Below, in pieces: positions 9,027 through 18,747 of a stretch of DNA of 59,754 bases (within the stretch, counting starts at the first letter, position 1; every line of letters begins with the position of its first letter). Location of the stretch: contig JBAYIK010000001.1 in the NCBI GenBank assembly GCA_041665625.1, positions 134,587 to 194,340 of the forward strand, read 5' to 3'. Made by a program: the position numbers and the translations under genes. The notes beneath the pieces were generated by a model. That model saw only the letters and a list, made by a program, of their open reading frames with translations. It made no database searches and had not been told where the DNA came from. Origin of the DNA: Minisyncoccota bacterium (GTDB taxonomy: Bacteria; Patescibacteriota; Minisyncoccia; Phycocordibacterales; XYD1-FULL-46-19).

Positions 9027-10277
9027 ATGCAAGGGACTCTTAATTTTTTTGCGGCCCTAAATGTAATTATCTTCCGAGGCCTTGATAGTATCGGCCCCGG
9101 TCTAATGTATTTTGTTTATTTTGCTCCATTTATGCTGGCTTATCTCACGTGGCAATTTTATCTTCTTTATATCCGCGCTAGATATATCCACCAAGAAGCC
9201 CGAGTCTTGCTTGAGATAAGACTCCCTAAAGAAGTAACAAAGTCGCCCAAGGCCATGGAGCTTTTTCTTGAGGTCCTCGATCAGGGTTACGAGGGAGAAT
9301 ATGTTGACCGGTTTATAATGGGAAGCATACGTGGCTGGTTTTCTCTTGAGTTAGTCTCAAACGGTGGGCAAATCCATTTTTATTTTAATATTCCTAAATT
9401 TTTCCAGAACATTGTTGAGGCCCGACTTTATTCACAGTACCCAGAAGTCGAAATTAGTCTTGTTTCTGAAGATTATACTAAAGAAGTAACCTATGGCCAG
9501 CCTGGTTCACCCTGGGATATCAAAATTTGGGAATACGAACTTGATAAAGATGATGCCTATCCAATAAAGACCTACATTGATTACGAGATGGACAAGGATC
9601 CTAAAGAAGAATTCAAGATCGAGCCAATGACTCCTTTGCTTGAATTTCTGGCTTCAATCAAACCAACCGAGAAAATCTGGGTTCAGATTATGGTGATGGC
9701 CGCTAAAAAGAGATTCCCAATGGTTGGGAAGAAAGGAAAAACAGAACTAGTCACCTGGAAGAAGAAGGGGGCTAAATTAGTTGAAGATCTTGCCAAACGA
9801 AACCTCGACGCCAAAGACATGATGAGTGCTTGGACCAAAACTGTTCTCACTAATACGGAGCGAGATGTCATTACCTCCATCCAACGTAATCTTGGTAAAA
9901 TTGGATTCGATGTTGGGATTCGCACTGTCTACTCGGCAACTGAGGGGATTAAACCAAACGTTGGTGTTGGACTAAACTCCGCTCTTAAACAATTTGGTTC
10001 CGACAACCTAAACGCCTTCAAGGCCAAGCATCGAACAGGTTTCGATAACCCTTGGCAAGATCCCTTTGGTTGGAGGACAAGGGAGAGGAAATTAAGTCAT
10101 TTCCAATATTATTGCAATCGTTCTTATTTCTACCCACCAGCCAGCAAAAAACCAATTGGCTTAACGACCGAAGAGTTGGCCACGATTTATCATTTCCCAG
10201 GTAGTGTCGCCACGACCCCAACCTTAGGACGCATCCCATCTAAGCGTGGAGAACCACCAGAGAATCTGCCAATATAA
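9027..10277 (+). CDS. hypothetical membrane-anchored protein
   Basis: 416-aa ORF, N-terminal TM helices then soluble domain; TATAAT (9013-9018) 8 nt before ATG; no family recognised. Confidence 0.55.
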   Translation: MQGTLNFFAALNVIIFRGLDSIGPGLMYFVYFAPFMLAYLTWQFYLLYIRARYIHQEARVLLEIRLPKEVTKSPKAMELFLEVLDQGYEGEYVDRFIMGSIRGWFSLELVSNGGQIHFYFNIPKFFQNIVEARLYSQYPEVEISLVSEDYTKEVTYGQPGSPWDIKIWEYELDKDDAYPIKTYIDYEMDKDPKEEFKIEPMTPLLEFLASIKPTEKIWVQIMVMAAKKRFPMVGKKGKTELVTWKKKGAKLVEDLAKRNLDAKDMMSAWTKTVLTNTERDVITSIQRNLGKIGFDVGIRTVYSATEGIKPNVGVGLNSALKQFGSDNLNAFKAKHRTGFDNPWQDPFGWRTRERKLSHFQYYCNRSYFYPPASKKPIGLTTEELATIYHFPGSVATTPTLGRIPSKRGEPPENLPI

Positions 10278-10282
10278 ACCTT

Positions 10283-11257
10283 ATGGATAATGAGACTAAA
10301 CCACTATCACTTAGGGCAAAATTGGGCTTGACCGCGCTGGTCACCGGCACCAGTGTCTTTATTCTTCTTGTTGTTTTTACCGTCTTCCCTCCAACCGACT
10401 TCCCAACAAATTCTTTTATCCACGTTGATCGCGGGAAGACAGTCAGTATGATTGGCGGCGAATTAAAGACTAAGGGCATTATCCGTTCGGTCACCGCCTT
10501 TAAATTTTTTACCGTCCTTCTGGGAGGGGAGAAAAGATTACAAGTCGGAACCTATTTTTTCAAACAGCCGACCTCTGTCATTAACGTCGCTCTTAAGCTT
10601 ACCAATCGTTTCTTAGGGATCAAACCTTATCGGGTAACCATTCCCGAAGGAATGTCTAACGAGAAGATTGCCAATATTCTAGTTAAAGCTATCCCTCATT
10701 TTGACAAAAAAGATTTTCTCAAGAAAACAGAGGATCTTGAGGGGAAACTTTTTCCCGATACTTATTTTTTCGCCCCTCTCGATAATGTCGACGATATTAT
10801 CTTTGAGATGAGCAAAACTTGGGAAGAACAAACAAAAGATCTTCGAGCAGAAATTCTTTTTTCGGGCAAATCCCTCAACGATATTCTAACTATGGCTTCA
10901 ATCATCGAGAGAGAGACCAGAACCGCCGAAGATCGACGCTTAGTCAGTGGAATTTTATGGAAGCGCATTAGTATTGGCATGCCATTGCAGGTTGATGCAA
11001 CTTTTGAGTATTACACTAAGTACAACACCTATACAATAACCAAAGCCGAGATGAAAAAAGATTCTCCTTATAACACCTACACAAATAAGGGTCTGCCTCC
11101 GACCCCAATCGCCAATCCTGGCTTAGATTCCATTATTGCCGCTCTAAAACCGACGGACTCACCTTACCTTTATTACCTTACCGGCCGTGACGGCAAAATG
11201 TATTACGCCGAAGACTTTGCTGGACATAAGAAGAATCGTCGCTTATATTTGGACTAA
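10283..11257 (+). CDS. mltG: endolytic murein transglycosylase MltG/YceG family
   Basis: N-terminal TM anchor; ASIIERETR, LQVDATFEYY, YNTYTNKGLPPTPIANPG. Confidence 0.85.
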   Translation: MDNETKPLSLRAKLGLTALVTGTSVFILLVVFTVFPPTDFPTNSFIHVDRGKTVSMIGGELKTKGIIRSVTAFKFFTVLLGGEKRLQVGTYFFKQPTSVINVALKLTNRFLGIKPYRVTIPEGMSNEKIANILVKAIPHFDKKDFLKKTEDLEGKLFPDTYFFAPLDNVDDIIFEMSKTWEEQTKDLRAEILFSGKSLNDILTMASIIERETRTAEDRRLVSGILWKRISIGMPLQVDATFEYYTKYNTYTITKAEMKKDSPYNTYTNKGLPPTPIANPGLDSIIAALKPTDSPYLYYLTGRDGKMYYAEDFAGHKKNRRLYLD

Positions 11258-12330
11258 TGTCCGCGAAAAAACAACAAAGAGTCTTTATTGGTATGAGTGG
11301 TGGGGTAGATAGCTCCGTTTCCGCCGCCCTACTAAAGCAAGCTGGTTATGAAGTAATTGGCGTTTTTATTCGTGTCTGGGAACCAGCCGGTTTCGTCTGC
11401 AATTGGCGAGAGGAAAGACGTTGGGCCCGGCGCGTAGCGGCTCATTTAGACATTCCACTTCTTACTCTCGACTTAAGCAAGGAATATAAGCAAAGGGTCG
11501 TAGATTATTTTATCTCTGAGTATAAAGCGGGGAGGACTCCTAACCCGGATGTCATGTGCAATAAACACATTAAGTTTGGTGTCTTCTACGATTGGGCCAT
11601 GAAGCATGGGGCCGACTTTGTCGCCACCGGACATTATTCTCAAATAATTAAAAATGAATTCACTGTTTCTAAAGACAAAGAGAAAGATCAAACTTATTTC
11701 CTCTGGAACCTTGAGGCCGAGCAATTACCCAAAATTTTGTTCCCGATAGGCAAATATACTAAGCCAGAAGTCCGCAAATTAGCGACAAAATTCAAACTTC
11801 CCACAGCCCTCAAAAAAGATAGCCAAGGACTTTGTTTTGTCGGCAAAATTGATTTCAAAGATTTCTTGAAACGTGAAATAAATGAAAAGAGGGGAGATGT
11901 CTTAGACGAGCAGGGAAATATCATTGGCCACCATGACGGTGTAACTTTCTTTACGCTAGGCGAACGTCACGGCTTCGAGATCACAACCAAATCTCCAGAC
12001 GAGAAACCTTATTATATTATCGCCAAAGATCTTAAGAAAAATACGCTTACTGTCTCAGATAAAGCCTATTCGATAAGAGCTGAGAAATTAGAAGTAAGAA
12101 TAGAAAAAACTAATTGGCTAGCCAACTTGACCAAGGCTAGTCCTCGGTCAAAAACATTTTTAGGGAGAGTGAGATATAGACAACCCCTCCAAAAATGCCA
12201 GGTCACAAGTCTCGATCTTAAAAAAGGCGAGGCCACAATTACCTTCAATCAGCCCCAAATTGCTGTCCCCGGCCAGTCGCTCGTCCTATACGACAAGGAT
12301 ATTTGCCTCGGCGGAGGAATAATCGCTTAA
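11257..12330 (+). CDS. mnmA: tRNA 2-thiouridylase MnmA
   Basis: PP-loop FIGMSGGVDSSVSA, ATGHY, DSQGLCFVG. Confidence 0.9.
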   Translation: MSAKKQQRVFIGMSGGVDSSVSAALLKQAGYEVIGVFIRVWEPAGFVCNWREERRWARRVAAHLDIPLLTLDLSKEYKQRVVDYFISEYKAGRTPNPDVMCNKHIKFGVFYDWAMKHGADFVATGHYSQIIKNEFTVSKDKEKDQTYFLWNLEAEQLPKILFPIGKYTKPEVRKLATKFKLPTALKKDSQGLCFVGKIDFKDFLKREINEKRGDVLDEQGNIIGHHDGVTFFTLGERHGFEITTKSPDEKPYYIIAKDLKKNTLTVSDKAYSIRAEKLEVRIEKTNWLANLTKASPRSKTFLGRVRYRQPLQKCQVTSLDLKKGEATITFNQPQIAVPGQSLVLYDKDICLGGGIIA

Positions 12331-12340
12331 ACATAGAAAA

Positions 12341-12392
12341 CCCTTATTTGTCGAAGTCCAACTTCGTAAACATTACAAAAGTGGGGATAAGT
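12341..12392 (+). repeat. REP-like hairpin repeat, copy 1
   Basis: CCCTTATTTGTCGAAGTCCAACTTCGTAAA plus tail ...GTGGGGATAAGT; core has two mismatches to the other three copies; CGAAGT/ACTTCG stem. Confidence 0.8.
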
Positions 12393-12438
12393 TAGAAACA
12401 TTTTTATTTTTAAGGGTTTTTTGGTAATATGTAAGGCA

Positions 12439-14250
12439 ATGACATCTGAAGAAATCCGTCAAAAGTTCTTAGACTTCTTTGAACAAAGAGGGCACAAGAT
12501 CGTGCCTTCGGCTTCGCTTATCCCCAGCACTTATGGCGATGAAGGTACTCTCTTTACCACGGCCGGGATGCAACCAATGATTCCCTATCTTTTGGGTCAG
12601 CCCCATCCAGGAGGGAAAAGAATTGCTGATGTTCAAAAATGTCTTCGCACTATTGATATTGACGATGTGGGCGACAATCGCCACAACACCTTCTTCGAAA
12701 TGCTTGGGAATTGGTCACTCGGAGATTATTTCAAGACCGAATCTATCCCTTGGAGTTTCGACTTCTTAACCAACAAAGAATACGGCCTTGGCCTAGATCC
12801 CAAAAGATTTTATGTCACCGTTTTTAAAGGCGAGAACGGAATTCCGCGTGACGAAGAATCTATAAAAATCTGGCAAGAAGTTTTTGCTAAATACAACATT
12901 TCCAACGAAGTGGCCGGAGAAGATGGGGTGGTTAAGGAAGGAGTAAGAATTATTCCACTTGGGGTTGATGATAATTTCTGGATTGCGGGAAGTTCTGGCC
13001 CTTGCGGTGCTGATACGGAGATTTTTTATGATACCTGCCCGAACGGCGAAGCTGGGCGGGTTGGCCCGAAGTGCGGAGAATTAATCAGCAATTTTAACGA
13101 ACTCGTAGACTCCTTCAAACTGATTGAGGTGTGGAATAACGTCTTCATGGAGTACAACAAAACCCCAGAAGGCCTTTATGAGCCTCTAGCGGCCAAGAAT
13201 GTGGATACAGGAATGGGACTAGAGCGCACAACCGCCGTGGTTAATGGTAAGGACAATATTTTTGAGACAGATCTCTTTGCCCCAATTTTGAATGAAATCA
13301 AGCAGCAAGTTGCTAACTTTGACATCAAGGCTGCTCGTATTGTCGCCGACCATGTGCGCACTGCCGTCTTTATGATAGCTGACGGTGTCACTCCATCTAA
13401 TACTGACCGCGGTTACGTCCTAAGAAGAATTATTCGTCGCGCGGTGCGTTATGCCGATCAAATGCAAGCCGATGCGGAAGTGACGAGAAAAGTGGCCTAC
13501 GTTGTAATTGAGAAATATAAAAAAGTTTATCCAGAGATTGAACAAAATCGCGACCGGATTTTCGACGAATTAAATAAAGAGGAAGAAAAATTTAGAAAGA
13601 CTCTAGAACAAGGCCTTAAAGAATTTGAAAAAAACCAAGACCCCTTCGATCTTTATCAGACTTTTGGTTTTCCCATTGAGCTCACTGAGGAATTGGCCAG
13701 AGAAAGAGGAACCACTATTGATAGAAAGAAATTCGATGAGCAGATGGCCGAACACCAGTTAATTTCTAAAGCAGGAAGCGAACAGAAATTCAAAGGGGGA
13801 CTCGCCGGGACCGGAGAAATGGAGACCAAATACCATACGGCTACCCACATGCTCCTAGCGGCCTTGAGACAGGTCTTAAAGGCAGAAATTGTGCAGAAGG
13901 GGAGTAATATCACGGCCGAGCGTTTGCGCTTCGACTTCAATTGGGATGAGAAATTAACACCCGAGCAGATTAAGGCAGTGGAAGATTTGGTTAATGAGAA
14001 AATCCAAGAAAATATCCCCGTCAAATTGCTTGAATTACCTAAGGATGAAGCAACAAAAGTTGTTACAACCTTATCTTTTGACCTCTCCAAGTACGGCGAT
14101 ATCGTCAAAGTCTACAAAATTGGAGATTTCATTGCCGAATTCTGCGGTGGCCCTCATGTTGAGAACACTGGTGTACTTGGCCACTTCAAAATTACCAAGG
14201 AAGAGGCTTCCTCAGCTGGAGTCAGGCGCATTAAGGCGATTTTGGAGTAA
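12439..14250 (+). CDS. alaS: alanyl-tRNA synthetase, short form lacking the C-Ala domain
   Basis: FTTAGMQP, WNNVFMEYN, editing-domain HTATHML and CGGPHV; ends shortly after the editing domain; TAATAT (12425-12430) 8 nt before ATG. Confidence 0.9.
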   Translation: MTSEEIRQKFLDFFEQRGHKIVPSASLIPSTYGDEGTLFTTAGMQPMIPYLLGQPHPGGKRIADVQKCLRTIDIDDVGDNRHNTFFEMLGNWSLGDYFKTESIPWSFDFLTNKEYGLGLDPKRFYVTVFKGENGIPRDEESIKIWQEVFAKYNISNEVAGEDGVVKEGVRIIPLGVDDNFWIAGSSGPCGADTEIFYDTCPNGEAGRVGPKCGELISNFNELVDSFKLIEVWNNVFMEYNKTPEGLYEPLAAKNVDTGMGLERTTAVVNGKDNIFETDLFAPILNEIKQQVANFDIKAARIVADHVRTAVFMIADGVTPSNTDRGYVLRRIIRRAVRYADQMQADAEVTRKVAYVVIEKYKKVYPEIEQNRDRIFDELNKEEEKFRKTLEQGLKEFEKNQDPFDLYQTFGFPIELTEELARERGTTIDRKKFDEQMAEHQLISKAGSEQKFKGGLAGTGEMETKYHTATHMLLAALRQVLKAEIVQKGSNITAERLRFDFNWDEKLTPEQIKAVEDLVNEKIQENIPVKLLELPKDEATKVVTTLSFDLSKYGDIVKVYKIGDFIAEFCGGPHVENTGVLGHFKITKEEASSAGVRRIKAILE

Positions 14251-14696
14251 TGAAACAAACATTTATCATTGGGGTTTTTGGAGTAATTAGGGATGAAAAA
14301 AATCGAGTTCTACTTTGTTTACGGACTGATTATGAAATGTGGAATTTACCCGGCGGCGGATTAGAAAAAGGAGAGTCCCCTTGGGATGGCACAATTCGTG
14401 AAGTTAAAGAGGAAACCGGTTTTGACGTTGAGATTGTCAGGTTAGCCGGAGTTTATAGTAAACCAGAAAAAAATGAGTTGATCCTTAATTTTGAGTGCAA
14501 AATTATTGGTGGTGAGGCAACTCTCAATGATGAAGCCAAAGACATTAAGTGGTTCTCTTTTAACGAAATTCCCCATAACACTTCCCCAAAACACGTTGAG
14601 CGAATAAAAGACCTCCTCGAGGACAAAAAAGAGGCAATAATGAGGGTCCAAACAGGCAAATCTTCGATCGAATTAATAAAAGAAGGAAAACTTTAA
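14250..14696 (+). CDS. NUDIX hydrolase
   Basis: Nudix box GGGLEKGESPWDGTIREVKEETGF. Confidence 0.85.
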   Translation: MKQTFIIGVFGVIRDEKNRVLLCLRTDYEMWNLPGGGLEKGESPWDGTIREVKEETGFDVEIVRLAGVYSKPEKNELILNFECKIIGGEATLNDEAKDIKWFSFNEIPHNTSPKHVERIKDLLEDKKEAIMRVQTGKSSIELIKEGKL

Positions 14697-14700
14697 TAAA

Positions 14701-14967
14701 ATGCCCCCAATTAAAGAATTACAGCAAGAGATAGAACAGATTAAAGAACGCAACAAACGCGTGGAGGCAGACAAGGCGTGGGAGACAAGTTGGGCGAGAA
14801 AGATTGTGGTTCTTGTTTTAACATATATTGTTATTGTCATTTTTTTCTCTTTTGCTAGATTGCCGGAGCCATTTCTTAACGCCATTGTGCCTGCTCTCGC
14901 TTTTGTTTTATCGACTTTAACCATTCCTGTAATTAAGAAATTTTGGTTAGAAAAATTTTATAAATAA
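14701..14967 (+). CDS. small membrane protein
   Basis: 88 aa, coiled N-terminus then two hydrophobic helices; tight spacing with neighbours. Confidence 0.5.
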   Translation: MPPIKELQQEIEQIKERNKRVEADKAWETSWARKIVVLVLTYIVIVIFFSFARLPEPFLNAIVPALAFVLSTLTIPVIKKFWLEKFYK

Positions 14968-14970
14968 ATT

Positions 14971-15108
14971 ATGAATTTTGATGAATTTAAAAAACCATTG
15001 CCAAAAGAATCCGAGGAGGTAAGCAAAGGGATCGACGGCCTTTTGAATCAAGCAAAGTTTTTGTATCGAGGGATGAAGAAGATAAGGATGAAATTGATAC
15101 CAGAATAA
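14971..15108 (+). CDS. 45-aa ORF, possibly the N-terminal part of a frameshifted gene
   Basis: ATG 14971, stop 15106-15108; the frame of ORF 15171-15842 is already open from 14991; T5 run at 15058-15062. Confidence 0.3.
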   Translation: MNFDEFKKPLPKESEEVSKGIDGLLNQAKFLYRGMKKIRMKLIPE

Positions 15109-15170
15109 AAGAAATCTCCTTAAACCAAGGCCAACCAGCAAGGCTACCAACATTAGAAGAAGCTCTCGGT

Positions 15171-15842
15171 ATGACCCCCGAACAAGAAAGTGCCTTTCAT
15201 CTGAAAAGCAGAGGCGAGGAACAAGATAGGGAGGAAGAGGAAGAAGATACTGAAGAGGACGAAGAAGACATCCCGAGAAAATTCCCAGAACCATATGCTG
15301 AGAGCCCGACAGACTCAGAGGCCGAGAAAGATTTCAAAAGGATAATGAGAGAGAGTCAAGCCGAAGAAGAAGCCGAAAATCGTCTCTATAAAACCGAGAA
15401 CATAGAAGAATCTGTAAGAGAAATGGTTGACCCAGACTTTGAAATAAGTGGCCGAATGCTCTTTAGTGATACTATTCACTTTTGGCCAACCCCCGTGACA
15501 AGGGAACAATTTAATTCTATGGGAACAGAAATGAGGAAAGCGATGATCTTCATTGTCCCTCATTATAGACAAGGATATCAGAAACATCAGAACGAGTATC
15601 TTGCCCAAAACAGAGAAAATTTTGATCATTATGGTCCTAAAACTTTTGAAAGAGAGAAGGCTTTTGGGGATAGATACATCGGGAGAATTATGGAACTGAG
15701 CGATCCTAATCAGATAAGGAAATACGACAAACTTGTGGATGAATTCAACGCTGACAGAGAAAGAATTATAAGAGAAAAAGATTATGACAGCCTACGGGAA
15801 TATTTAGCAAAAGTGAGATCGCTTGTTAACGAAATAAAATAA
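15171..15842 (+). CDS. hypothetical acidic protein
   Basis: 223-aa ORF with Glu/Asp-rich N-terminus; see frameshift finding. Confidence 0.5.
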   Translation: MTPEQESAFHLKSRGEEQDREEEEEDTEEDEEDIPRKFPEPYAESPTDSEAEKDFKRIMRESQAEEEAENRLYKTENIEESVREMVDPDFEISGRMLFSDTIHFWPTPVTREQFNSMGTEMRKAMIFIVPHYRQGYQKHQNEYLAQNRENFDHYGPKTFEREKAFGDRYIGRIMELSDPNQIRKYDKLVDEFNADRERIIREKDYDSLREYLAKVRSLVNEIK

Positions 15843-15918
15843 TTTTAAATCTGTTAGAAAGGGTTTTACACAGTAAGCTCTTAACACTTAATGTCTTTTA
15901 ATGATATAATATTAAGTG

Positions 15919-18363
15919 ATGTTCGCCTCTAAGAAAAAGAAAGAGAGTGCTGTTATTGGTATCATTGATATTGGTAGCGCGCGGGTTAGTGGGGCCTTAA
16001 TGACCGACTGGCCCAAGGTAACCAACGAGATAAGCGAGGCTGTTACCTGGCAAGAAATGCCCAATTGGGAAAGGTTCCAAACGGGGATTGAGCAATCGCT
16101 AAAATCAGTTCTAAAAAAACTTGCCCATGGCAAACACAAGAAGCCCGAAGAATTATTTGTTTTTCTCTCAGCGCCTTTCTTTATTGGGAGTACCAAGATT
16201 GTTCATGCTAAAGACCGAACCGCTTTTGAGATTACTCCACCCTACCTCGCCGGTCTAGTAAAAAAGGATATTTTAAGCTTTGATCGTGGCCAAAAAGGGG
16301 ATTTAGTGCGGATCGAGAATGAGATTATGCAAATTAAGCTCGACGGCTATCCAGTCGAAGAACCTATTGGTCAAATGGCTCATGAATTAGAACTTTCTCA
16401 TTGGCAAAGTGAGAGCCATGTCTCGCTAATTGAGAGATTCAAAGAAATTATCCAGAGCGAATTCCCCGAAATTCAAATAAATTTCCATTCTTTTGCCTAC
16501 GCCTCTTATGCCGTCTTCAGTGAACTCCTGCCTGACAAAGACTGGATTTTTGTCGACACCGGCAACGAACTCACCGACGTTATTGTTATTAAAGACGGCT
16601 ATCTGGCTGAGCATCTGTCTTTCCCCATTGGTAAGAATTCGCTCATCCGAGCGGTCACCAGATCACTCCAAACTGTTCCCTTAGAAACTGAGAGTGTTCT
16701 CAACCGCTATGCCAGTGGCAAAACTAACCAAAATCTCAAGACCCGCTTAGAGCCCGCCCTGGTTAAACCGGCCGAAGAATGGCTGAGCAATCTAAGTGAA
16801 TCCCTAAATCGCGTTCTTGAGACAACCATATTACCCGAGTCTATTTATATGTTCGGAGATGAGCCCAGCGACAAGGTTTTTGCTGATTTCATTAAAAAAG
16901 CCGATTTTTCGGCTGTTTCTATTGGGCGCAAGCCGTTTAAGGTCTATTATGCTGACAAGCCCTTAGGGCAAGCCATAAACCAGCTAGAGGGCAAGGCTTC
17001 GCCCCCGGTTGGGAATAACTTCCTTTTGGCAGAAGCCCTCTTTTGTGCTATGCTTAAGGGTAGTAAATTGAATCTTTGGCCATTTAATCAATTAATAACA
17101 ACTATGCATGATATAACTAAAAACAAAAAAAGTTTGCGTGACATCTTCCCCGACAATAAAGTCGACAGAGCTGACAGTGAAGAAGTAAGTTTCAAGACTT
17201 CTAGTTATACCCCCCAGAGATCTTCAAGGTCGACCGGCGGAATGAATATTAAGGTTAAGATTTTTGCTGGCGTTCTAGTTTTAGCAATTATTATCGCTGG
17301 CGGTTTCGCTTTATCTTCCCAATTTGCCAAAATTACTGTCAAAGTTGTTCCTAAACAGGGACGATTAATGGTGAGCAACACTTACGAAGCTGACAAACTT
17401 GTCGGCGATAATCTCAAATTTTCTTTGGCAACCAATATCCAGGCTGAAGATAGTGTTAGTGTCCCAGCTAGCGGAGTAGAATCAGTAAAAACAAAGGCTC
17501 GTGGCCGAATTATCATCTCCAACAAGACCAACAGCAACCAGAACTTAATTGCGACCACCCGTTTTCAAAGTCAGACTGGCTTAATCTACCGTATTGAGAA
17601 GGGGATCACTGTTCCTCCGGGACAAATAGAAGCGACAGTTGTCGCCGATCAAGCTGGTCCAACCTACAACATCTCTAGCGCCGATTTTACCATCCCCGGT
17701 TTCAAGGGCGGGCCTAAATATACTCAATTTTCCGCCAAGACTAAGGAACCAATAACCGGTGGAGCGATTGGTGATCAGCCAAAGGTTTCTCCTGCTGAAC
17801 TCGCTAAAGCTACGGCAACCCTAGAAAAACAACTTCTCTTAACTGTCGCCAACAAACTTAAGCCCCAAATTCCCGATGGCTATATCCTTTTTGATGGAGC
17901 CGTTGTCGCCAATTTCACTCCAGAAATTGTTAACAATCCAGCCAAACCAGGCGAAGCAACACTCAAACTTAAGGCTGATGCCACTGGCTTAATTTTCGAT
18001 GAGAAAGAGCTCGCCAGTTTCCTCGCCAAACAGCAAGTTCCTGACTACAAAGGTGAGCCAGTTAAGGTTACCAATTGGTCAACTTTCAAATTTAGCTTGA
18101 TAAATAACGATAATTCTGACCTTAGTACGGCTTCTAAAATAAGCTTTAAACTCGAGGGGACTGGCCAATTAGTCTGGCTTTTTGACACCAAGGACCTCAA
18201 ACAGAAGCTCCAAGCCTCTGGCGCCAGTAACTATAAGACTGTCTTTACTAAGGACTTTCCGATGATCCAAACGGCCAGCATCGTCTTCACCCCACCCTGG
18301 ACCAGAAGCATCCCATCTGACCCCAACCGTATCCTGGTGGAAACTAACGTTAGCAAGCCTTGA
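15919..18363 (+). CDS. FtsA/PilM-like actin-fold domain fused to a TM helix and a large C-terminal domain
   Basis: VIGIIDIGSARVSG (phosphate-1-like), FVDTGNELTDV; mid-protein TM IFAGVLVLAIIIAGGFAL; TATAAT (15905-15910) 8 nt before ATG. Confidence 0.55.
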   Translation: MFASKKKKESAVIGIIDIGSARVSGALMTDWPKVTNEISEAVTWQEMPNWERFQTGIEQSLKSVLKKLAHGKHKKPEELFVFLSAPFFIGSTKIVHAKDRTAFEITPPYLAGLVKKDILSFDRGQKGDLVRIENEIMQIKLDGYPVEEPIGQMAHELELSHWQSESHVSLIERFKEIIQSEFPEIQINFHSFAYASYAVFSELLPDKDWIFVDTGNELTDVIVIKDGYLAEHLSFPIGKNSLIRAVTRSLQTVPLETESVLNRYASGKTNQNLKTRLEPALVKPAEEWLSNLSESLNRVLETTILPESIYMFGDEPSDKVFADFIKKADFSAVSIGRKPFKVYYADKPLGQAINQLEGKASPPVGNNFLLAEALFCAMLKGSKLNLWPFNQLITTMHDITKNKKSLRDIFPDNKVDRADSEEVSFKTSSYTPQRSSRSTGGMNIKVKIFAGVLVLAIIIAGGFALSSQFAKITVKVVPKQGRLMVSNTYEADKLVGDNLKFSLATNIQAEDSVSVPASGVESVKTKARGRIIISNKTNSNQNLIATTRFQSQTGLIYRIEKGITVPPGQIEATVVADQAGPTYNISSADFTIPGFKGGPKYTQFSAKTKEPITGGAIGDQPKVSPAELAKATATLEKQLLLTVANKLKPQIPDGYILFDGAVVANFTPEIVNNPAKPGEATLKLKADATGLIFDEKELASFLAKQQVPDYKGEPVKVTNWSTFKFSLINNDNSDLSTASKISFKLEGTGQLVWLFDTKDLKQKLQASGASNYKTVFTKDFPMIQTASIVFTPPWTRSIPSDPNRILVETNVSKP

Positions 18364-18407
18364 CGATTAGCCCCTTAATTTGCTAAGATAAGCAGGTCAT
18401 TTTGGTA

Positions 18408-18623
18408 ATGGATAAAGAAGAAAAAAAACAAGGAGTTTCCGGTGTTGTAACCGAGGCTTTACCCAATGCCCAATTTAAAGTGAAAATTGCCCCCGACCAA
18501 GAGGTTTTAGCCTATTTGGCCGGCCGTATGCGTCTACATCGCATTAGAGTGCTGATAGGCGACAAGGTCGAGCTCGTGCTCGACGACTACGGCGGAAGGG
18601 GACGAATCACTCGACGCTTTTAA
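18408..18623 (+). CDS. infA: translation initiation factor IF-1
   Basis: GVVTEALPNAQFKV...GRMRLHRIRVLIGDKV...GRITRRF. Confidence 0.9.
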   Translation: MDKEEKKQGVSGVVTEALPNAQFKVKIAPDQEVLAYLAGRMRLHRIRVLIGDKVELVLDDYGGRGRITRRF

Positions 18624-18627
18624 AAAA

Positions 18628-18744
18628 ATGAAAATCAAGTCGACAATCAAAAAAAGATGCGCTCAATGCAAGATGGTTAAACGCCGGAGTCATCTTTATA
18701 TTATTTGCCCTAATAAGCCTCGCCACAAGCAAAAGCAAGCCTAA
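18628..18744 (+). CDS. rpmJ: 50S ribosomal protein L36
   Basis: Own translation (ORF below track cutoff): MKIKSTIKKRCAQCKMVKRRSHLYIICPNKPRHKQKQA; between infA and rpsM. Confidence 0.9.
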   Translation: MKIKSTIKKRCAQCKMVKRRSHLYIICPNKPRHKQKQA

Positions 18745-18747
18745 ACT

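Noticed and set aside
15230-15290. GAA/GAG-rich tract
   Set aside because: It is simple acidic low-complexity coding sequence (EEEEEDTEEDEED), not a regulatory repeat.
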